Shown: positions 54,992 to 64,000 of the stretch, in pieces | How positions within the stretch are numbered: the first letter of the stretch is position 1 | Layout: each line of letters opens with the position of its first letter | Position numbers and translations under genes: made by a program | Assembly: GCA_964016885.1 (NCBI GenBank) | Contig: OZ024744.1 | Location: 33,418,001 to 33,482,000 of the forward strand | Direction of reading: 5' to 3' | DNA: 64,000 nt | Source: Eledone cirrhosa | Taxonomy: Eukaryota | The notes under the pieces: model-generated | Told to the model about the DNA's origin: nothing | Databases searched by the model: none | The model's input: only the letters and a program-made list of their open reading frames with translations

Positions 54992-55259
54992 AACGGAAAA
55001 AATGAAACGAAATTTCATTTCCCACTCTTAGTACGGCTGTTACTTAAATATAAGTATGTACACGTACATACATATATGTATACAGACGTACAGTAGTATG
55101 TATATATATATATATGCATACATGCACACATATATATATGTACGTATGGATTCACCGAACATTTATTATAATGCTCGGTGTGTTTGTAAACAAACATCCC
55201 GTATTAAGCCGTAGTGTCTAGCAACCATCGTTGCTCGTTTGTTCAACACTGACGAAGGA

Positions 55260-55302
55260 ACGCTGTAGTAGTTTCAAGCTTATTAGCTATCGTCAGCAAC
55301 GT
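55260..55302 (-). ncRNA. Minimal type I hammerhead-like motif
   Basis: ACGTTG CTGACGA TAGC-TAATAA-GCTT GAAA CTAC TA CAGCGT. Confidence 0.55.
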
Positions 55303-55661
55303 ATACCTTCCTGCCAGATTGTAGAACGTATATACTTACCTTATGCATATTAACGGCTGAGTAGTCCAATTTGCATATCGAGTGGGTTAATCGGCCGGGT
55401 GCACCGAAAACGATAAACGGAAAAAATGAAACGAAATTTCATTTCCCACTCTTAGTACGGCTGTTACTTAAATATATGTATGTACACGTACATACATATA
55501 TGTATACAGACGTACAGTAGTATTTGTTTACAAACACACTGAGCATTATAATAAATGTTCGGTGAATCCTACGTACATATATATATATATGTGCATGTAT
55601 GTATATATATATACATACTACTGTACGTCTGTATACATATATGTATGTACGTGTACATACT

Positions 55662-55693
<32 letters not shown>

Positions 55694-55796
55694 ACAAAGG
55701 AATTGTGGTAAGGAACCAGAAGGACCATAACGCACCAGAGTACTTAATACTTAGGGTAGTAGAGTGGGAAATAGGAAAAAGTATCATACTTTTCCC

Positions 55797-55827
<31 letters not shown>

Positions 55828-55862
55828 GTGTGTGTGTGAGTATATATATATGTGTGTGTGAG

Positions 55863-55902
<40 letters not shown>

Positions 55903-56173
55903 CTCACACACACATATATATATATACATATGACTATGTATATGTGTGTATATGATTGTATGTGGGCGCGTGCACGCGAATAAGTATAATTGTGTGCAAA
56001 AAAAATATATATATATAACATAATATAAAAGAACAAACAACAAAAATAAAAATTAAAACAAAAACGATAAAATAATTAAAAATAGAAATAAAACATGGCA
56101 AACAAAAATGTACTCCTTCCTTACAAAAACCAATAAAATAAGAAAATAAAATAAAAGGGGGCAATAGGTAACG

Positions 56174-56390
56174 TTGCCGATCGTGGTGGTGGTGGGGTCG
56201 ATGGTGATGGTGGTGGTGGTGGCGTCGATGGTGGTGCGGGTAGTGTCGATGGTGGTGGGGTCGATGGTGGTTGTGGTGGTGGTGTCGATGGTGGTGTCGA
56301 TGGTGGTCGTGGTGCGAGTGGTGGTGGTGACGATGGTGGTGGGGTCGATGGTGGTGGTGGTGCGAGTGGTGGTGGTGACGATGGTGGTGT
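56174..56390. repeat. GGT-rich low-complexity repeat (GTCGATGGTGGT units)
   Basis: Direct reading. Confidence 0.85.
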
Positions 56391-56472
56391 ATGGGTTTCA
56401 GTCAGGAAGGGTGAGAGAAGAATAATGAGTTTAAGTTAGGAAGTTCTATATATATATATAAATATATGTATG

Positions 56473-56525
<53 letters not shown>

Positions 56526-56608
56526 ATGTATATATGTTTATATATATGTATTATATATACAAACATATATATATGTATGTATATATCTATGTATGTATGT
56601 ATATATAT

Positions 56609-56698
<90 letters not shown>

Positions 56699-57009
56699 GT
56701 AAGTACGTTTGTAAATCCCTCACCTTCTACACTCCCACGCCCCATGTAAGGGAACAGAGCCGGTCGCACATTCCCACAGCTAGCCAGGCCACTTTTTCGT
56801 ACCCACTCTCACCCATACCGACAGCCACATCTCTCGTCTCCTTCCCATCTTCACTTTCTCCCTCCCTCTCTCTCTCTCTCTCTCTCTCCCTGTCTATACC
56901 CTTTCCCTGCCCTACAGCCACCCATACACCTACAAAACCCTGCAGCAGCAAGCAACAAGCAGAATATACGTGCCTATATATATATGTATATATATATATG
57001 TGTGTACAT

Positions 57010-57044
<35 letters not shown>

Positions 57045-57814
57045 CACATACATAAATACATATATATACTTACACACACACATATATATATATGTGTGTG
57101 TGTATATGTATATATATATACATATATACATACACACACACATATATAAATGTATATATATATATATATATAAACATATATGTACATATACATATGTGTG
57201 TGTGTGTGTGTGTGTGTGTATGTATATTCTACCTTCAGTTGCAGCCGATAGATAGTATTAGCAATTGGAAATACCAACGGAAACATTGTTTCCTCGGTCC
57301 GATTTGACGAAAGTCGATCGTTTCTTTTTAAATATATATATACATACATACACACACTTATATACATATGTATATGTATTTAATGTAGTGGTAGGGTCTC
57401 TACCTTAGATAGAACTCAATGTAATCCGATAGCGAGTAATCCAGTGAAATCCATAGAAAGGTTCCGTGTTATCCTGAGTTAATCACTTAGATACAGAGTC
57501 TGATATTAGGTATTAATTTAACAATGAAAATAGTTAAATAACAATAATAACAAGAAAATCAAGTTATTTTACCTATTCATACTGATCTATAGAAGTTATA
57601 TAACTGTATACTATATATATAGGTTCGATCAGACCATCTTCTTCGGAAACAATACATGAAGTCTGATAGTATACAGTTATATAACTGCTATAGATCAGTC
57701 AATATGTCAATATGATCAACCCTCCGAAACGATCGTAAAACAATGATATGAATAGGTAAAATAACTTGACTTTCTTGTTATTGTTTTCGTTGTTAAATTA
57801 ATATCTAATATACG

Positions 57815-57847
<33 letters not shown>

Positions 57848-57988
57848 ATGGAGGCGGTAAAAACCACTTAGACCATTATTCAGCAGAGTACTCGACACTC
57901 TGGGTAGTAGAGTGGATAATATGAAAAATTTGGGACCCCGACGGATGAGCTCCTGCTGTTTCAACAGCTAGATCCGAAGTCAATTTTT

Positions 57989-58027
<39 letters not shown>

Positions 58028-58560
58028 ATGTGTGTATGTGTGTGTGTGTGTGTATTATGTATGTATGTTTGCATATAGTGAAATAAAATAACAAGAACGA
58101 TTGGTTACTCCTTCATTACGTTTATTGGTTGGTGACGCGCGTTTCACCACCGGTAAGGGCTCTGACGAGCCGCGGGTTACAGAGTCAGGCTAGATCGATA
58201 CAGATCGAACCTTGAGCTGGTCAGTGGCGAAACGCGCGTCACCAACCAATAAACGTAATGAAGGAGTAACCAATCGTCCTTGTTATCTTATTTCACTATA
58301 ATACACTCTGTCTAGCTCTACACCTCGACACGGAAGTGCACCTAAACATCGAGTGCTCACTCAGGTGAACCTACAGTAACTCCAAGTTACACTCCCTGGA
58401 TATATATATATATACAAAATATTTATAAATATATATATATATATATATATATTTATAAATATGTTGTATCTCCAAAGAAATACAATTTTAGGAAGCCGTA
58501 GCTATGCAAACATCGAGGTCTAACGCCCTCTAGTGATGTCCAGCAGAAGCAAGGAGGACA

Positions 58561-58604
58561 ACCGTCTATGCATTTCAAGCTTAACTGGCCTTCGTCAGGA
58601 CGGT
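58561..58604 (-). ncRNA. Minimal type I hammerhead ribozyme with a palindromic loop III
   Basis: ACCGTC CTGACGA AGGC-CAGTTAA-GCTT GAAA TGCA TA GACGGT: perfect 6-bp stem I and complete core. Confidence 0.75.
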
Positions 58605-59066
58605 CCCTCCCAACGCTTGCGACTGCTGGACTAGAAGACAGCTGAGAATATATACTTTTCTCGTCTGTGTAAATGAGGTGATTATAAACCCATGCTAGCG
58701 TGGAAGATAGACGTTAAACGATGATGATGATGATATATATATACATATATATAGGTGAAGAATTAAGTCGTTGACAGAAAAAATAAATAAATGACTAAGA
58801 AAAAATCAAAAGGAAGTAAAATGCAAGAAAGTGAATGTGTTGTAAAAACAACAACAATAACAGTAACAATAACAACAATAGCAACAACAACAACAGTAAC
58901 AACAACAACAATAACATCAGCAATAGCAACAACAATAGCTACAGCAACAGCAATAACAAAAACCATAGTGGAATAAATAACAATAAATATATAAACAATG
59001 AAAACAAATAAGAGTAAAGTGAATAAGAACAAAAATAAAACGTATTTCAATGTATATCTCTCTATA

Positions 59067-59480
59067 TCATCATCATCATCATCATCATCATCAACGTTTA
59101 ACGTCCGTGTTCCACGCTTGCATGGGTTTGGACGGGGGTAGTCCCACTTGAGGCAAGAGTGATTGTCTTGCTCGCATAGGACTGTCTGGCAGGTTTTCTA
59201 CAGTTGGATGCCCTTCCTAACGCCAACCACATTTACAGTGTGGGTCTGGGAGGTTTTCTACAGTTGGATGCCCTTCCTAACGCCAACCACATTTACAGTG
59301 TGGGTCTGGGAGGTTTTTACCGTGTTGCCTACACGGCCACATTACAGCGTGGACTGTGTGTTTTTTTGTCGTGGCACCTACACGATCTCATTTGTTTCGG
59401 CCTGGATGGCGCGGCACCAACATAACTTTACATAGAACGGGGTGGTGTGGATGGGGTGGGGGTGGTGGTGGTGGGACGGG
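59067..59480 (-). mobile_element. Interspersed repeat with a (TGA)n tail and an internal 60-bp tandem duplication
   Basis: Homologous to 40650-40955; duplication at ~59184-59298. Confidence 0.7.
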
Positions 59481-59536
59481 GTGTATTATATGTATGTATA
59501 TATATATCTATATATATATATATATATATATCTATA

Positions 59537-59580
<44 letters not shown>

Positions 59581-59589
59581 AGCATATAT

Positions 59590-60010
59590 GTATTGAAGCA
59601 CCTGAAAGGTCAATCACGAAAAATATAAATGGCATGACAGGCCTTGACTATTGGGGTCGACTAGAAAAGCTCAAACTTTATTCTCTCCAACGTCGCAGTG
59701 AGCGCTACATTATCTGCATGATGTGGAAAATATTCCATCAGCTTTGCTCAAATGATGTTGGCACCACCTTTAAGATACACCCAAGGCTTGGGCCCCGTGC
59801 TATCCGCCCATGACAAAAATCACACACGCATCTCATAACAACAATACAGCACAATTATTTTGCCCTTAATTAGCCCATCTTTCTGTAACATTACACCAAA
59901 GCACATTAAAACGGAAACAGTTCAAGAAGTCTTTAGACAAATTCTTTCAATAAATCCCGGATAAACCTCCTACACCCGGATATGTCTCTATAAACAATAA
60001 ATCTCTACAT
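59590..60010 (+). mobile_element. CR1-like LINE 3' fragment
   Basis: [36 protein letters not shown]. Confidence 0.7.
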
Positions 60011-60044
60011 GGGCCATTTGCTCCATTCCTACTGAACCAGTGAA

Positions 60045-61690
60045 TCATGAGATGGCTGATGTACCTTCTCTTGCATAGGTGACTTCTGCTGTGCATAAGC
60101 TGAACTGTGGTAAGTCTCCTGGTATAGATGGTCTGAGTGCAGCGGTTTTGAAGTGCAGTGGTGAAAATTTCACGCAGCGCCTGACTGGCCTCATGAAAAA
60201 GGTGTGGGAAGATGGGAATGTCCCACAAGATTGGAAGGATGCACTTATGGTGATTCTCCATAAAGGAAAGGGTCGGAAGGACAAATGTGACAATTATCGT
60301 GGAATATCCCTTCTTTCAGTAGTTGGTAAAGTCATGTGTCGAATATTGATGGATAGATTGATCTCAGGGGTTTCTCTGAATGTGTTGCCTGAGTCGCAGT
60401 GTGGGTTCAGAAACGAAAGAGGAACAATGGATATGATTTTTTCTGCTCGGCAGCTGCAAGAAAAGTATTGAACAGTGTATGGACCTGTACCAAGTCTTTG
60501 TTGACTTGACAAAGACCTTTGACACTGTCAATCGAACTACATTGTGGAAGATTTTGGAAAAGCTTGGCTACCCTTCAAAGTTTGTGAAGATTCTGCATCT
60601 TTTTCATGATGACAGGAAGGCGTATGTCAGTATTGGTGGTAGCATCTCTGAACCAATATCAGTTGAAAATGGAGTGAAGCAGGGGGACATTCCGGCTCCA
60701 ACTCTGTTTTCCTTATATTTTACGACAGTGTTTCTCGTGGCATTCAGGAAGAAGTGGTCGCATGGAGTCTACATCAGGTATCACACTTCTGGAAGGTTGT
60801 TCAACATCAGGCACTTTGGTGCAAGCACTAGATATTAACATCTATAATCCGAGAGTGTTTGTATGCAGATGGCTGCGATCTTTTTGCATATTCACAAAGT
60901 GACATGCAGCATATTATGACTGTTGTGATGTGCCAGCCAGCACCTGGGAAATAATACACTACACCAAGTGTGTACGTGTACGGAAAGAGGCTAATAGTTG
61001 CTGACAAATTTGTTTGCTTTGGTTGTACGATGAACAATTCATGCACACTTGATGATGAGATACCTTTAAGAATCAAGAAAGCCAGTGATGCTTTTGGGCG
61101 GCTGCCTGAAAGTTTATGATCCAGGCAAGGTATCACTATCGAAACGAAGGTGAAAGTGTATCTAACTTGTGTCATCTCCTCTTTGCTTTATGCTTGTGAA
61201 GCGTGGGTCACATACAGAAAGCACCTCAAGGAACTGGAGAGGTTTCACCAACAATCTCTTTGTAAGTTACTTGGGGTGGAATGGAAAATGACCATCAGTG
61301 ATTTGGAAGTTCTCAAACGGAGCAGGTGTGTGACTATAGACAGCATGATATTTCGGCATCGGTTGAGGTGGTGCTATTCCAAAGCAACTTCTCTACGGAG
61401 AACTGTGTGAAGGAAGGCAACGACCACACAAACCAAAAATGCAGTACTGGGACTGTGTCAGGGGCCCCTTGGCTTGTCCTGGAATTTCATCTGATGAATG
61501 GGAGAAAATGACTGAGGAGCGAGTGAAGTGGAGACGTTTAATCAAGTCAGGTAGTGAACAGTTTGAAACTCGTCGGAGAGAACACCTAACACTGAAAGAG
61601 AAGGTGAGGAAAAGAGACTGTTCTGAACTGCCTGCTGTTGAGCACTTTGTTGGGCAATGGCAATGCTCGAATACAAGTTTGCAGCCATTA
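60045..61690 (+). mobile_element. RTE (BovB-like) LINE, decayed
   Basis: GKSPGIDG, NYRGISLLS, LPESQCGFR, DLTKTFDTV, GVKQGD, LLYACEAW. Confidence 0.88.
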
Positions 61691-61779
61691 TATATATATA
61701 TATTTCATCATCACTCATAAATGAGATCTAAGTGATGTGTGTACACTAAGTGTGTTATGTAGTGCAGTGGAGTACTGAT

Positions 61780-64000
61780 CTCAAATTAGTGTGAGGAAAG
61801 TTCAAAATGAGTATCTGCAAAAGAATTTGTATGAGTGGAGTGAAAGCATTGAAAGGCATTGATGTCATCAAACTGAGACAAGCAGATGTTTGTGCAACCC
61901 CAACTGAAAGACTTGATGGTCTTGATTTTGATGGCACTTGGGAAAACTTTAGAGATCAAGTTTACTCAGTGGGAAGTGAGGTACTTGGCTTCAGAACCAA
62001 GAAACACCAGGACTGGTTCAATGACAACAATCCTAATATCAATCAGCTACTGAAAACGTAGCACACTCTCTATGAAAAGCTGTCAGAAAAGCTTACAATG
62101 ATCACAAGGCAACACTGCAACGTGAACTGTGCAGGATGCAAAATGATTGGTGGAGTAATATCTCTTTGGAAATCCAACAGGCTTTTAACACCGAAGATTC
62201 AAAGTCATTTTACTTATTGTAAACATGAAGTCTTCCGCCCACCAAAATCCTGAATAACTCCTCTGAGATCTAAGGACGATGCTAATATCATCATCAAAGA
62301 TCTATCAATTTTTCCTTCAGCGTTGGGAGAAACATTTTACTGACCTGTTTGATAACCCATCAGCGGTTAATTTTGGAGTGATAGAGGGCCTTCCTCAATG
62401 TGAAACAGTCCACCGCATAGATCAACTTCCCTCTGCTGATGAAATAAAGCTGTCAGTCAAGCAGGTTAACTATGGCAAGGCACCAGGTCCAGATGGTATC
62501 CCAGTCAAACTGCTGAAAATCGGTGGTGATAATGTAAAAGAATCAATAAACATCTTTATCACTGATAGCTGGAATGGGACCCTGGTTGCACAAGACTGGA
62601 TGAACAGTATTCTGTTATCATTATATAAAGGCAAAGTATCGGTAGAGGGTTGGACGCCATGCTTTGACGCATAGAGTTACGGTCCTTACCATTCTGAGTT
62701 CAAATCCCGCCGAGGTTTACTTTGCCTTTCATCCTTACGGGGGTCGATAAAATAAAGTACTAGTAATGCACTGGGTAATTGCTGGCCTTGTGCCAAAAGT
62801 AGAAACAATTATATAAAGGCAAAGGTAAAAAATCAATATGTGGCAACTACCGTGGTATCACTTTGTTGGAAGCTGTTGGCAAGGTTCTCGCAAGACTTTT
62901 GCTCAACAGACTGGTGGAGGATGTCTGTCCTGCAGCTACCCCGGAATCACAAAGTAGTTTTAGAAGAGGAAGGGGAACAGTCGACATAATTTTCTCTATA
63001 AGACAAATACAAGAAAAATGCTTGAGCAGTGTGTCCCCCTGTATCAAGTCTTGTCGACCTAACGGAGACCTTTGACACAGTTAACAGAGGTGCATTCTGG
63101 GTAATACTTGGAAAAGTGAGATGTCTACCCAAGTTTGTGAGTATGTTAAAGCTGTTACATAGAAATAGGAAAGCTCGGGTTGCCTTCAATGGTCCACTAT
63201 TTGGAGAAATCCCAATTGATAACAGGGTAAAGCAAGGTGATATTCCTGCTCCTAGGTTTTTCTCCATCTTCTTTGCTGCCTTACTCACACATGCTTGCCG
63301 TGATTGTGACAAAGGCATTCTTTTACGGTTCAGAACTACTGGAAAGGTTTTCAACTTAAGAAGGTTAAATGCCAAGACAAACACTTTTCAAGCTTTGATC
63401 AGAGACCTTCTTTACGCCGACGATGCTCACACAGAAGCTGACATGCAACACATTATGGACCCTTTGCCACCCTCGTGTATAGCATTTGGGTTTACTGCTC
63501 CTGGAGAACCATATAGTGAACCCAATATCATGGTTGATGGAGGCAGGCTGGGAATAGTAGATGAATTTGTCTACTTGGGTAGCACACTCTCAAATGATGG
63601 CTCCTTGGATACACATCAAATTGCTTGAGTGTTTTCAGCAGAAATGTTTAAGGCAGATATTCAACATCAAATGGCAAGACAGAACTCCAGGCATCCATGT
63701 TCTTATCAAAATAGAATGTCCAAGCATTGAGTACCAAGTAACATCTTCTCAAATGTGCTGGACAGGACATATCGTCCGCATGAAAGAAAGCAGGATACCG
63801 AAGCAACTGTTTTACGGTGAGCTCCATCTTGGAAAAAGGCTTCAACACAAACCGAAAATGAGGTTCAGGGACAGCATCAAGAACATCCTCAAAGAGCTGA
63901 CATTTGATAGAGACAACTGGGAGGAGAGAGATCTAAATAGGGCTGGGTGGAGATAGCACATAAAGGGCAGTTACAAAACTTTTGAGGAATGTCGTCTAGA
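61780..64000 (+). mobile_element. Second RTE (BovB-like) LINE, decayed, runs off the window end
   Basis: KHQDWF, RWEKHF, GKAPGPDGIP, PESQ, VKQGD, LLYADD, WTGHIVRM...RIPKQLFYGEL. Confidence 0.88.
62637..62807 (+). mobile_element. tRNA-derived SINE inserted in the RTE
   Basis: B-box GAGTTCAAATCCC; 17-bp TSD ATTATATAAAGGCAAAG at 62620-62636 and 62808-62824. Confidence 0.88.

Overview
AT-rich, microsatellite-dense eukaryotic DNA, probably from a coleoid cephalopod (Octopus-like; inferred from the SINE/RTE repeat content, not verified). Only one host coding exon is visible: the terminal exon of a hairy/Enhancer-of-split (HES) bHLH-Orange repressor ending in WRPW (47620-49341, minus). The rest is mostly retroelements sorted by microsatellite. 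R4/Dong elements are stacked in (TAA)n (1-7460). Seven Tx1-like (L1 group, APE-RT) copies of several subfamilies lie head-to-tail over about 22 kb, each followed by (TATC)n (14690-36630). Penelope-like pieces with inverted repeats and hammerhead-like motifs sit in (TA)n. RTE, CR1-like, SINE, Helitron, Tigger and hAT remnants are also present. The best novelty candidate is the (TATC/GATA)n-targeting Tx1 family. It shows a diagnostic 15-bp TSD, a covarying structured 3' UTR, an unnamed ORF1 C-terminal domain, and splice-site-like signals overlapping both stop codons. All calls were made by eye, and element boundaries are approximate unless anchored by TSDs or TIRs.
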